Below, in pieces: positions 11,611 to 20,989 of a DNA stretch of 64,000 nt. This DNA comes from Alphaproteobacteria bacterium (GTDB lineage: Bacteria; Pseudomonadota; Alphaproteobacteria; UBA828). The number at the start of each line of letters is the position of its first letter. The first letter of the stretch is position 1. The notes beneath the pieces were generated by a model. The model made no database searches. It was not told where the DNA came from and saw nothing but the letters and a program-made list of their open reading frames with translations. Made by a program: the position numbers and the translations under genes. The stretch spans positions 288,001 to 352,000 of the forward strand of contig CBDCQT010000005.1 of the NCBI GenBank assembly GCA_965220745.1, read 5' to 3'.

Positions 11611-12912
11611 ATGCGGCGGGAGGAGGCGATGGCAGTCAGAGCGGCAGCCGAGACGCGGAGGAATCGGGGGTTCCCCCAGGAAAGCCGGCCCTGGGACGAC
11701 CTCAAGGCCGAAATGCTGGCGGCGCACGCGGACGACAACTCCTGGTGCCACGAGCGAGGCTTCGCCGCCGCGTATTTCGCGGGCGAGGACCTGCTGCGTT
11801 GCGCGCACGAGGCCTACGACATCCACCGGGACGAGAACGGTCTTTTCGCCGCGAGCGCCTATCCGAGCCTCGCCGCCTGCGAGCACGAATTGATCGCGGG
11901 CGTGCTCGACCTGCTGCACGCGCCCGACGGCGCCGGCGGCTCCACCACCGCCGGCGGCACCGAGAGCATCCTCATGGCGATGAAGGCCGCGCGGGACTGG
12001 GCGCGGGAGCACCGACCGGTTGCCGGCGTGCCCGAGGTCGTGGTGCCGAAGACGGCGCACGCCGCCTTCGACAAGGGCGCCGCTTGGCTCGGCATGAAGG
12101 TCGTGCGCATGTCCCGCAGCGAGGACTGGCGCGCCGATGTCGCTGGCATGGCCGCCGCCATCACCGAGAACACGGTGATGATCGCAGGCTCGGCGCCACC
12201 CTATCCCTACGGCGAGACCGACCCCATCGAGGAGATCGCGCAGCTCGCCCGAGACCACGACCTCTGGATGCATTCGGACGGCTGCATCGGCGGCATGATC
12301 CTGCCCTTCATGACGATGCTGGGCGAGCCGATTCCGCCGTTCGACTTCGCCGTCCCCGGCGTCACCTCGATGTCGGTGGACATGCACAAGTTCGGCTACG
12401 CCCACAAGGGCATCTCGCTCTGTCTGCTGCGCGACAAGGCGCTGGAGCGCTACCACCGCACAACCTTCGACGGCTGGCCCGCCGGCACCTACTCCACGCC
12501 CACGATTACCGGCACCCGTTCGGGCGGCGGGGTCGCCAGCGCCTGGGCGGTGATGACCCATCTGGGGGAGGAGGGCTATCTCCGCATCTACGAGACCCAG
12601 CGGCGCATCCGCGAGCGCTTGGTGGAAGGGATCGGCGCGATCGAGGGGCTCGCCGTGCTCGGCCGTCCCCACGCGCTCCACGTCACCTTCTACGCCGAGG
12701 GCTTCGACATCTTCGCGGTGGAGGAAGGGACGGCGGCGCGCGGCTGGCGCTCAATCCGCATGCGCGAGCCGGACTCGATCCTGCTCTGGCTCAACATGAA
12801 GCACGCGGAGAGCATCGACGCCTATCTCGCCGACCTCGCCGAGGTCACGGCGGACGTCCGCGCCGGCGGCCTCACCGCGGCGACGCGCGGCGCCTCCAGC
12901 TATGCGACCTGA
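11611..12912 (+). CDS. PLP-dependent decarboxylase/lyase, sphingosine-1-phosphate lyase-like
   Basis: 'TAGGTESILMAMKAARD', 'AHAAFDK', 'GSAPPYPYGETDPI', 'HSDGCIGG', 'SVDMHKFGY', 'GTRSGG'; start may be 11629. Confidence 0.82.
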   Translation: MRREEAMAVRAAAETRRNRGFPQESRPWDDLKAEMLAAHADDNSWCHERGFAAAYFAGEDLLRCAHEAYDIHRDENGLFAASAYPSLAACEHELIAGVLDLLHAPDGAGGSTTAGGTESILMAMKAARDWAREHRPVAGVPEVVVPKTAHAAFDKGAAWLGMKVVRMSRSEDWRADVAGMAAAITENTVMIAGSAPPYPYGETDPIEEIAQLARDHDLWMHSDGCIGGMILPFMTMLGEPIPPFDFAVPGVTSMSVDMHKFGYAHKGISLCLLRDKALERYHRTTFDGWPAGTYSTPTITGTRSGGGVASAWAVMTHLGEEGYLRIYETQRRIRERLVEGIGAIEGLAVLGRPHALHVTFYAEGFDIFAVEEGTAARGWRSIRMREPDSILLWLNMKHAESIDAYLADLAEVTADVRAGGLTAATRGASSYAT

Positions 12913-12936
12913 TCACGGCCGACGGCGGGGCCGGCC

Positions 12937-14064
12937 GTGAGCCGCACCGTCGACTGCAACTTCGACGGTGGCAACATCCGCTGCCTCGCCCTGCCCAAGA
13001 CCGGCCCGATCAGGCTCGAAATCGTGCCCGACGAAGGCGGAGCGTTCTTCCAGTGGTTCTACTTCCGGCTGCGCGGCGCGGCGGGTGAGGACTGCGTGCT
13101 CCGGATCGAGAACGCCGCCGGCGCCACCTACCCCGAGGGCTGGAAGGGCTACCGGGCCGTTGCGTCGGAGGATGGCGAGGACTGGCTGCGGGTCGCGACC
13201 GAGTACGACGGCACGGTGCTGACCATCCGGCATCGCCCCGCCGGAGACGAGGTGCGCTTCGCCTACTTCGTGCCCTATCCGATGGCGCGTCATGCGTCGC
13301 TTATCGCCCGCGTCGGGCGCTCGCCCCTGGTCGCCGTGCGCCGGCTCGGCACCACCCTCGACGGCGCGCCGCTCGACCTACTGGAGATCGGTGGGGCACG
13401 GGCGCGGACCTGCTGGATCATCGGGCGCCAGCATCCTGGCGAGACCATGGCCGAGTGGTGGATGGAGGGGTTTCTCGATGGGCTGCTGGACCCCTTCGAT
13501 GCCGCCGCCCGCACGCTGCTTGAGAAGGCGTGCTTCTGCGTGGTGCCGAACATGAACCCCGATGGCAGCAGCCGCGGCCACCTCAGGACCAACGCGGCGG
13601 GCGTCAATCTCAACCGCGCCTGGGCCTCGCCCAGCATGAAGGAGAGCCCGGAGGTCTATCTCGTCGGCGCCGAGATGGCGCGCACCGGGGTCGACTTCTG
13701 CCTCGATGTCCACGGCGACGAGGCGCTCCCCTACGCCTTCATCGCCGGGCCCGAAGGCATCCCGTCCTACACGCACGCGCTGGCGCGGAAGCAGGCGCGC
13801 TTCCAAGATGCACTCGCGGCGGCAAACCCGGACTTCCAGACCAAATACGGCTATCCGCCGACGCCGCCCGGCAAGGCCAATCTCGGCATCTGCGCCAACT
13901 ACGTGGCGGAGACTTACGGTTGCCTCGCCATGACCCTTGAACAGCCTTTCAAGGATGCGGCAAACGCGCCCGATCCCCGCCACGGCTGGTCGCCCGCGCA
14001 CTGCCGCAGGCTCGGCCACGGCTGCGTGGAGGCGCTCGCCGCCGTCATCGACGTGTTGCGCTAG
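12937..14064 (+). CDS. M14 zinc carboxypeptidase (cytosolic carboxypeptidase family)
   Basis: 'FDGGNI', 'QWFYFRL', 'RQHPGETMAEW', 'NPDG..RGHLRTNAAGVNLNR', 'LDVHGDE', 'MTLEQPFKD'. Confidence 0.9.
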   Translation: MSRTVDCNFDGGNIRCLALPKTGPIRLEIVPDEGGAFFQWFYFRLRGAAGEDCVLRIENAAGATYPEGWKGYRAVASEDGEDWLRVATEYDGTVLTIRHRPAGDEVRFAYFVPYPMARHASLIARVGRSPLVAVRRLGTTLDGAPLDLLEIGGARARTCWIIGRQHPGETMAEWWMEGFLDGLLDPFDAAARTLLEKACFCVVPNMNPDGSSRGHLRTNAAGVNLNRAWASPSMKESPEVYLVGAEMARTGVDFCLDVHGDEALPYAFIAGPEGIPSYTHALARKQARFQDALAAANPDFQTKYGYPPTPPGKANLGICANYVAETYGCLAMTLEQPFKDAANAPDPRHGWSPAHCRRLGHGCVEALAAVIDVLR

Positions 14065-14209
14065 GGCGTTTCCGTTACGCACGGAAACGCCCTCGCTCTT
14101 TGTCGCTCACGGCAGCCGGCCCACGGCCGGCGCCTCCGCGAGGGCGCCGCATGAGCGGCGGGCCGCGGTCGCGGCCTATCGCGCGTCCGCCGAAGACGGA
14201 CGCGCTCTA
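14062..14209 (+). repeat. Structured dispersed repeat (MITE/REP-like), copy 1
   Basis: TA-bounded, TAGGGCG...CGCTCTA; series of hairpins; core TGTCGCTCACGGCAGCCGGCC shared with copies at 33039, 40720 and 48896. Confidence 0.88.
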
Positions 14210-15514
14210 AGCTGGGCGGGCTGGCTCGGTGGCGAAGCCTGCGCTCGGCTTCGCGTCCGGCAGCCGCAGGTAGGCGAGGCAGGCCACCGCCACCAGGGCG
14301 GCGAGGAAGGCGAAGAATGCCTGGTAGGCGATGGCCGGCGCCGCGCCGTTCGTCGCGGGAAAGGCGCCGATGATGACGCCGCTCACGCCCTGCAGCACCG
14401 CCGGTCCGCCCATGAAGGCGATCGCCATGAGCGCCATGCCGCGTCCGGCGAGCCGGTCGGGCAGCAGAGAGCGCGCGTGGCCCGCGAGAATGATGTTGTA
14501 GGAGCCGCAGGCGCCGACGAGAGCAAGGAGGAGGATCACCGCCCAGGTGGGCAGCGCCGGCAGCGCGGCGAGCAATCCCAAGGCCGCGACGACGACGGCG
14601 GCAAGGACCAGAATGAGCCACTTGCGCATGTCCAGCCGGCGCTCCAGGGGGCCGAGCACGAGGTTCGCCACGATCAGCGTGGCAGCCATCACGAGGAGCG
14701 CGTTGCCGGCTTCCACTGGCTCCAGCCCGTGCCGGTCCGCGAGAAAGGGCCCACCCCAGAGGCCGAGGACGGTGATGACCACGGGATAGGACGCAAATCC
14801 CATCAGGATGAGCGTGGGGAAGCCCGGCGTCGCCAGCGCCGCGCGGACCCCTTTCAGGCTCTCGCGAATCCCCTCCGCCGGCGCCGCGCCACCCGGGTCG
14901 GCCGACGGGCGGTCGCGGGCCATCGCGTAGATGGCGATGGCGCCCACTGCGGTCAGCGCCGCCGCGCCCCAGAAGGCCGTGCGCCAGCCGAGGGTCTCCG
15001 CAATGGCGGCGAGCGGCGTGGTGGAGAGCAGCCCGCCGGCGCCGCCGATGGCGATCATCCGCCCCATCCAGGTGCTGAAGGAGGCGGCCGGCGCCCACTG
15101 GCCGAATAGGAAGAGCGAGCCCATCAGCACCACCGAGCAGCCGATGCCGAGCAGCAGGCGGCCCGCGATCAGCATCGCCTCGCCGTCCGCGAGGCCATAG
15201 AGGATCGAGCCCGCGATGGCGGCGGTGAGCACCACCGGCGCCGTGCGTCGCGCGCCGAAGCGGTCGAACAGCATGCCCACCGGGATCTGCGCCGCGCCGA
15301 AGGAGAGGAAGAACATGCCGGTGAGCAGACCGAGGGCCTCCGGCGAAAGACCGAACTCGGCGGTCAGGGTCTTGGCGATGACGGCGTTCGAGGCGCGGAA
15401 GAACTGGCTCAGCACGAACACCGCGCCGAAGCAAACGACGACCGCGACGAGCGGATGCAGCAGGCCGGGGCGCGCGTCGCCGCTCCCTTGCGGGGTGTCA
15501 GCCGGCGAGCGCAC
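14207..15514 (-). CDS. MFS transporter
   Basis: Multiple hydrophobic helices; motif A 'GMLFDRFGARR'; 'SQFFR'. Confidence 0.88.
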   Translation of the reverse strand: MRSPADTPQGSGDARPGLLHPLVAVVVCFGAVFVLSQFFRASNAVIAKTLTAEFGLSPEALGLLTGMFFLSFGAAQIPVGMLFDRFGARRTAPVVLTAAIAGSILYGLADGEAMLIAGRLLLGIGCSVVLMGSLFLFGQWAPAASFSTWMGRMIAIGGAGGLLSTTPLAAIAETLGWRTAFWGAAALTAVGAIAIYAMARDRPSADPGGAAPAEGIRESLKGVRAALATPGFPTLILMGFASYPVVITVLGLWGGPFLADRHGLEPVEAGNALLVMAATLIVANLVLGPLERRLDMRKWLILVLAAVVVAALGLLAALPALPTWAVILLLALVGACGSYNIILAGHARSLLPDRLAGRGMALMAIAFMGGPAVLQGVSGVIIGAFPATNGAAPAIAYQAFFAFLAALVAVACLAYLRLPDAKPSAGFATEPARPA

Positions 15515-16727
15515 CGATCCCCCAACCCGCCAGCGCGCCCAGGATCACCACCGCCCAGGGCGGCACCTTCCAGAACGCGAGCAGCACGAAAGCGGCGAGC
15601 CCGAGCGCGAGATCGGCGGTCGTGCGGATGCCGCCGATCCAGATCGGGTCGTAGAAGGCCGCACCCAGCAGGCCCACCACCGCCGCGTTGACGCCGAGCA
15701 TCGCGCGCTCCGCCAGCGCGAAGCGCCGCAGCCGCTCCCAGAATGGGAGCGCACCCACCACCAGGAGGAACGACGGCAGGAAGACCGCGCCGAGGCAGAG
15801 CAGGCCGCCCAGCACACCGCCCGGCCCGATGCCTGCGACGGCGCCGAGATAGGCCGCGAAGGTGAAGAGCGGCCCCGGCACCGCCTGCGCCGCGCCGTAG
15901 CCCGCGATGAAGGTCTCGTTCGCGACCCAGCCGGGCGGCACCACCTCCGCCTGCAAGAGCGGCAGCAGCACGTGGCCGCCGCCGAAGACCAGCGAGGCGG
16001 AGCGGTAGAAGCCGTCCACCAGCCGGAGCGCCTCCGCCGGCCAGGCGGCGGCGAGGATCGGGAGTGCGATGAGAAGCGCGAGGAAGAGCGCGAGCAGCAG
16101 AACCGCCAAGCGGCGGTCCACGGCGATGCCGAGCGAGGCGTCACGATCGCCGGCAACCGGGCGCAGGACCGCCAAGCCGGCGAGCGCGCCTGCGGCGATA
16201 ATCGCGACGTGGGTCACCACCGAGGGCGCCAGCACTGCGGCGATGGCGGCGAGCACCGCCACAGTGGCGCGCGGCGCGTCGGGGCAGAGGGTGCGCGCCA
16301 TGCTCCAGACGGCCTGCGCCACCACTGCGGCCGCGACGACTTTCAGCCCCTGCAGGGCGCCGGCGGGAATCGCCTCCTCGTTGGCCGCGACGCCGTAGCC
16401 GAAGGCCACCATGAGGACGGCCGAGGGCAGCGTGAAGCCCACCCACGCCGCCACCGCGCCGGGGAGCCCCGCCTTCGCGAGCCCGATGCCGATACCCACC
16501 TGGCTGGAGGTCGGCCCCGGCAGCATCTGGCAAAGCGCGACGAGGTCGGCATAGGCGCGGTCGTCGATCCAGCGGCGGCGCGCGACGAAGGCCTCGCGGA
16601 AGTAGCCGATATGCGCCACCGGCCCGCCGAACGAGGTCAGCCCCAGCAGGAGAAAGGCGATGAAGACGCGCGTGGTCGACTGGCGCCCCGCGCCGCTCCC
16701 GCCGCCATTGCTTCTGCCCTCGCCCAT
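15498..16727 (-). CDS. chrA: Chromate efflux transporter (long-chain CHR family)
   Basis: 'LGLTSFGGPVAHIGYFR', 'QMLPGPTSSQ', 'LVFGGGHVLLPLL', 'AQAVPGPLFTFAAY'. Confidence 0.92.
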   Translation of the reverse strand: MGEGRSNGGGSGAGRQSTTRVFIAFLLLGLTSFGGPVAHIGYFREAFVARRRWIDDRAYADLVALCQMLPGPTSSQVGIGIGLAKAGLPGAVAAWVGFTLPSAVLMVAFGYGVAANEEAIPAGALQGLKVVAAAVVAQAVWSMARTLCPDAPRATVAVLAAIAAVLAPSVVTHVAIIAAGALAGLAVLRPVAGDRDASLGIAVDRRLAVLLLALFLALLIALPILAAAWPAEALRLVDGFYRSASLVFGGGHVLLPLLQAEVVPPGWVANETFIAGYGAAQAVPGPLFTFAAYLGAVAGIGPGGVLGGLLCLGAVFLPSFLLVVGALPFWERLRRFALAERAMLGVNAAVVGLLGAAFYDPIWIGGIRTTADLALGLAAFVLLAFWKVPPWAVVILGALAGWGIGALAG

Positions 16728-16861
16728 GGGGACCGGGAATACGCCATTTCGCTGACGCAGACACGTCAAGCCGCCGCCCCGAGCCGGACGCGCCCTCAAA
16801 CTTTGCCGGGCCGGGTGATACGCTCCGCGCAGCGGACGACGCGGCGGCGGAAAGGCAGCTC

Positions 16862-17533
16862 ATGACAGGCGAAGACGTGCGGGCCGCCCCTTTCGAGGCG
16901 GCGCACTGGGACCTCGTGCCGGAGCGGACGGCGCTCGTCGTCATCGACGCGCAGAACGATTTTCTGCACGCGGACGGCTGGTATGCGACGCAGGGCATCG
17001 ACATCGGCCACATGCAGCGCTGCATCGAGCCGCTGAAGACGCTGCTCCCCGCCGCGCGAACCAAGAACATCCCCGTCGTCTGGACCCGCCACGGCATCCG
17101 GGGCGTCGAGGACGGCGGGCCGTTCATGCAGCTCCGCCCCTTCCTCAAGGACGGCGGGCTCAGGCGCGAGACCTGGGGCTGGGAGGTGCTGGCCGACCTC
17201 GCGCCCGAACCGGATGACTGGTATGTGGCGAAGACGCGGCTCAGCGCCTTCTACGGCACGGATCTGGAGGTGGTATTGCGGGGGCTTAGAGCGGAGACGG
17301 TGCTGATGACGGGCGTGCTCACCAATCAATGCGTCGCAGCGACCTCGAAGGACGCGATGTTCCGCGACTTCAAGCCCATCGTGATCGAGGAGTGCACGGG
17401 GACCACCATGCCGCACCTGCATGAGCCCGCGATCGAGATGATGCGGGTCGGCTGGGCCGAGGTCCGCGACCTGGAGTCCACGCTGAGCGAGATCAGGCAG
17501 ATGGCGACTGCCCGCATGGAGGACCCCCGGTAA
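16862..17533 (+). CDS. Cysteine hydrolase (isochorismatase family, RutB-like)
   Basis: 'ALVVIDAQNDF', 'KTRLSAFYGTDL', 'TGVLTNQCV'. Confidence 0.85.
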   Translation: MTGEDVRAAPFEAAHWDLVPERTALVVIDAQNDFLHADGWYATQGIDIGHMQRCIEPLKTLLPAARTKNIPVVWTRHGIRGVEDGGPFMQLRPFLKDGGLRRETWGWEVLADLAPEPDDWYVAKTRLSAFYGTDLEVVLRGLRAETVLMTGVLTNQCVAATSKDAMFRDFKPIVIEECTGTTMPHLHEPAIEMMRVGWAEVRDLESTLSEIRQMATARMEDPR

Positions 17534-19980
17534 TGGCTCAGGATCTTCCCCGTTCGGCCCGCGTCGTCATCGTCGGCGGCGGGGTGGTGGGCTGCTCCGT
17601 CGCCTATCACTTGGCGCGCGCAGGCGTCTCCGATGTGGTGCTGCTGGAGCGCCGCGAGCTCACCTGCGGCACCACCTGGCACGCCGCCGGCCTCATCGGC
17701 CAGCTGCGCCCGTCGAAGCGCATGACCGAGCTCGCCAAGTACACGGCTGAGCTTTACACGGGCCTGGAAGCGGAGACCGGCCAGGCGACCGGCTTCAAGC
17801 AGAACGGCTCGATCTCGCTCGCCACCCACGATGGCCGCTTCGAGGAGCTGAAGCGCAGCGCCTCGATGGCCAAGGTGTTCGACCTGCGCGTCGACGTGCT
17901 CGGCCCCGACGAGATCAAGGAGCGCTACCCGCTGATCAGCGTCGACGACGTGGTGGGCGGCATCTTCATCCCCTCCGACGGTCAGACCAACCCCATCGAC
18001 GTGAGCCGCGCGCTCGCCAAGGGGGCGCGGGACGGCGGGGTGCTCGTCCGCGAAAACACACCCGTCACCGCCATCGCCCACAACGGCGAGCGGGTCACGG
18101 GCGTCGAGACGCCGGAAGGCCCCATCGCGGCGGAGACGGTGGTGCTCTCCGCCGGCATGTGGACCCGCGCGCTTGCGGCCACCATCGGCGTCCACGTGCC
18201 GCTGCACGCCTGCGAGCACTTCTACATCATGACCGATCCGTTCGAAGGCGTGACCCCGGACCTGCCCGTGCTGCGCGACTACGGCGGCTGCGCCTACTAC
18301 AAGGAGGACGCCGGCAAGATCCTGCTCGGCGCCTTCGAGCCCGACGCCAAGCCCTGGGGCATGGACGGCATCCCCGAGGACTTCTGCTTCGACCAGTTGC
18401 CGGACGATTTCGAGCACTTCGAGCCTGTGCTGATGCACGCGCTGAAGCGGATGCCCGCGCTGGCCGACGCGGGCATCCAGACCTTCTTCTGCGGGCCCGA
18501 GAGTTTTACGCCCGACGATCGCTACCACCTTGGCGAGGCGCCGGGGCTCGCCGGTTGCTACATCGCGGCCGGTTTCAACTCCATCGGCATCCAGTCCGCC
18601 GGCGGCGCAGGCAAGGTGCTTGCCGAGTGCATCAAGACCGGCCGGCCGCTCCTCGACATGTGGGACGTGGACATCCGCCGCAACCTGCCCTTCCAGACCA
18701 ACCGGCGCTACCTGCGTGAGCGGGTGAGCGAGACCCTCGGCCTGCTCTACGACGACCACTGGCCCTTCCGCCAGTACGCGACGGCGCGGGGCGTGCGCCG
18801 CTCGCCCTTCCACGATCGCCTTGTGGCGCGCGGTGCCTGCCATGGCGAGGCCTTCGGCTGGGAGCGGCCCAACTGGTACGCGACGGACGGCATGGAGCCC
18901 CGCTACGAATACAGCTTCGGCCGGCAGAACTGGTTCGACGCGAGCGCCGAGGAGCACCGCGCGGTGCGGGAGGGCGTGGGCCTCTTCGACCAGACCTCGT
19001 TCGCCAAGTTCCGCCTCCAGGGTCGCGACGCGGCGGAGGTGTTGGGCCGGGTTTGCGCCAACGAGGTGGACGTGCTGCCGGGCCGCATCGTCTACACCCA
19101 GTGGCTCAACGACGCGGGCGGCATCGAGGCAGACCTCACCGTCACCCGGCTCGATGACGACGACTATCTGATCGTGACCTCGGGCGAGTTCCAGGTGCGG
19201 GATGCTCTTTGGCTTCAGCGCCACATCCCGGAGGGCGCGCACGCGGTGCTCACCGATGTGACCTCGGGGATCGCCGTGCTCGGCGTCATGGGCCCTCGGT
19301 CCCGCGACCTGCTGCAATCCTTGAGCCCGGACGACCTCTCTAACGAGGCCTTCCCCTTCGGCACCAGCCGGGAGATCGAGCTCGGCCTGGGGTACGTCCG
19401 CGCCGCGCGCATCACCTACGTGGGCGAGCTCGGCTGGGAGCTCTACATCCCCACCGAGTTCGCGGCCGGCATCTACGATGGGCTGGTGGAAGCCGGGGAG
19501 GGCGTGGGGCTCCGCCACGTCGGCATGCACGCCATGAACTCGCTCAGGATCGAGAAGGCCTACCGCCACTACGGCCACGACATTAGCGACGCCGACACGC
19601 CGCTGGAGGCGGGGCTCGGCTTCGCGGTCAAGCTCGACAAGCCCGCGCCCTTCATCGGGCGCGATGCGCTGTTGCGCCAGCGGGAGGAAGGCGTGCGCCA
19701 GCGGCTGGTGCAGTTCCTGCTCGAAGACCCGGAGCCGCTGCTCTACCACAACGAGCCGATCTGGCGGGACGATACGATCTGCGGCTACGTGCGCTCCGGC
19801 ATGTACGGCCACACCCTCGGCGGCGCGGTTGGCCTCGGCTACGTGGAGAATGCGGCGGGCGTCGACGCCGACTACGTGACCGCCGGCCGCTACGAGATCG
19901 AGGTCGCGGGCGTCCGCTACCCGGCGAAGGCCTCCCTCCGCCCCCTCTACGACCCCACGTCGAGCCGCATCAAGGCCTGA
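17533..19980 (+). CDS. GcvT-family FAD-dependent amine oxidoreductase (sarcosine/dimethylglycine dehydrogenase-like)
   Basis: 'IVGGGVVG', 'GTTWHAAG', 'GPESFTPD', 'GWERPNW', 'ITYVGELGWE', 'SLRIEKAYR'. Confidence 0.92.
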   Translation: MAQDLPRSARVVIVGGGVVGCSVAYHLARAGVSDVVLLERRELTCGTTWHAAGLIGQLRPSKRMTELAKYTAELYTGLEAETGQATGFKQNGSISLATHDGRFEELKRSASMAKVFDLRVDVLGPDEIKERYPLISVDDVVGGIFIPSDGQTNPIDVSRALAKGARDGGVLVRENTPVTAIAHNGERVTGVETPEGPIAAETVVLSAGMWTRALAATIGVHVPLHACEHFYIMTDPFEGVTPDLPVLRDYGGCAYYKEDAGKILLGAFEPDAKPWGMDGIPEDFCFDQLPDDFEHFEPVLMHALKRMPALADAGIQTFFCGPESFTPDDRYHLGEAPGLAGCYIAAGFNSIGIQSAGGAGKVLAECIKTGRPLLDMWDVDIRRNLPFQTNRRYLRERVSETLGLLYDDHWPFRQYATARGVRRSPFHDRLVARGACHGEAFGWERPNWYATDGMEPRYEYSFGRQNWFDASAEEHRAVREGVGLFDQTSFAKFRLQGRDAAEVLGRVCANEVDVLPGRIVYTQWLNDAGGIEADLTVTRLDDDDYLIVTSGEFQVRDALWLQRHIPEGAHAVLTDVTSGIAVLGVMGPRSRDLLQSLSPDDLSNEAFPFGTSREIELGLGYVRAARITYVGELGWELYIPTEFAAGIYDGLVEAGEGVGLRHVGMHAMNSLRIEKAYRHYGHDISDADTPLEAGLGFAVKLDKPAPFIGRDALLRQREEGVRQRLVQFLLEDPEPLLYHNEPIWRDDTICGYVRSGMYGHTLGGAVGLGYVENAAGVDADYVTAGRYEIEVAGVRYPAKASLRPLYDPTSSRIKA

Positions 19981-20020
19981 CGTTCCGGGCCGTGGTGTGA
20001 TGGAAAGAGCACCGGCGGCA

Positions 20021-20488
20021 CTATGCGGCCAGTGCCCATTCCCCCCGAGGACCGCTGGAGAGTGCGAAGGTCAGCTCGTGCGTTCTGTCCAACGCGTCCT
20101 CGCGGTCGGCGATACGGCGTAAAGTATCGCGGAGCGTTTCATCGGCTGCATTGCCGTGCTCGAGGTAGAGCCTCCTGATCAGGGCGTCCGCCGCTCTCGG
20201 GCAGCTTGTCTTTTCGGCCTCCCACCTGTGGACGGTCTGCTCGCTCACGTCCAGCAGGTGCGCGAGCGTCGCCTGGGACATGAGCATCTCCTGACGCAGG
20301 AACCTCAGCTCCTTGCCGCTCAGAGCCTTCCCGTGGCGGCTCACGTGCTCGCCGATGGCCCGATGCAGTGCATCGATGTCCCTGATTGCGATGGTTCTGC
20401 CGCGCGGCGAAGCGTTCCGCTCGAAGCCGTTCAGCAGAAAGACATGGTCCAGACCGCATTCCGTGTAGTGATATCGCTCATCAGGCAT
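20021..20488 (-). CDS. XRE-family HTH transcriptional regulator, putative antitoxin (MqsA/HigA-like)
   Basis: 'YHYTECGLDHVFLLNGF', 'LSGKELRFLRQEMLMSQATLAHLLDVSEQTVHRWE'. Confidence 0.8.
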   Translation of the reverse strand: MPDERYHYTECGLDHVFLLNGFERNASPRGRTIAIRDIDALHRAIGEHVSRHGKALSGKELRFLRQEMLMSQATLAHLLDVSEQTVHRWEAEKTSCPRAADALIRRLYLEHGNAADETLRDTLRRIADREDALDRTHELTFALSSGPRGEWALAA

Positions 20489-20511
20489 GGACCTCCCTCC
20501 GGTATCCGCCG

Positions 20512-20841
20512 TCACCATGCGGTGATGCATTCGACGTGATCCGCGCACACGGCCACGACCACGTTGACACGCTGGCCCGCAACCTTGCGGCGCATGTGGA
20601 TCCGCCAATCTCCGAACTCGTCGAGCTCCGGGCGACCGACCGCTCTTCCCGATTTCAGCACCTCCATCACTAGCCGCACGGTGATGCCTCGCTCTCTCAT
20701 GCGCTGTCTGAAATGCGGCTCGCTCATGCGAACGTTCAGGCTGTCCGTCAGAGCGAGCGAATGAACGCGGCTCACCAGCTGATCTGCCGATGGGGCCTCT
20801 GCCCCTGACATGGAAAAGGGGACAAACGGTGAGTCCGACAC
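20512..20841 (-). CDS. DUF4258-like small protein, putative toxin
   Basis: 'HFRQRMRERGIT...V.EVLKSG' and C-terminal 'ITAW' resemble DUF4258; upstream of HTH gene; start uncertain (GTG 20841 or ATG 20811). Confidence 0.7.
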   Translation of the reverse strand: MSDSPFVPFSMSGAEAPSADQLVSRVHSLALTDSLNVRMSEPHFRQRMRERGITVRLVMEVLKSGRAVGRPELDEFGDWRIHMRRKVAGQRVNVVVAVCADHVECITAW

Positions 20842-20865
20842 AAACCTACCAATATGGTAGGTTTG
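20841..20865. promoter_or_regulatory. Perfect 11-bp inverted repeat, putative operator of the TA-like pair
   Basis: CAAACCTACCA-ATA-TGGTAGGTTTG; minus-strand TTGACG at 20877-20872 just upstream. Confidence 0.65.
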
Positions 20866-20989
20866 ACAGGCCGTCAAGACTTTTGCACCCGGCGCCCAAT
20901 CCGCCCAGCACTGGGCAGCTTTGCCCGCGTGCCGATGGCAGGCGAGACTAGGCGAGAGCGAAACGTCGCAAGGCGCGAGGGGGAGAAGG

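Noticed and set aside
10209-13088. 959-aa + strand ORF and other very long alternative-frame ORFs (e.g. 17326-19812, 43824-46349, 45962-48541)
   Set aside because: Arg/Gly/Ala-rich shadow frames overlapping well-supported genes; expected from stop-codon scarcity in high-GC DNA
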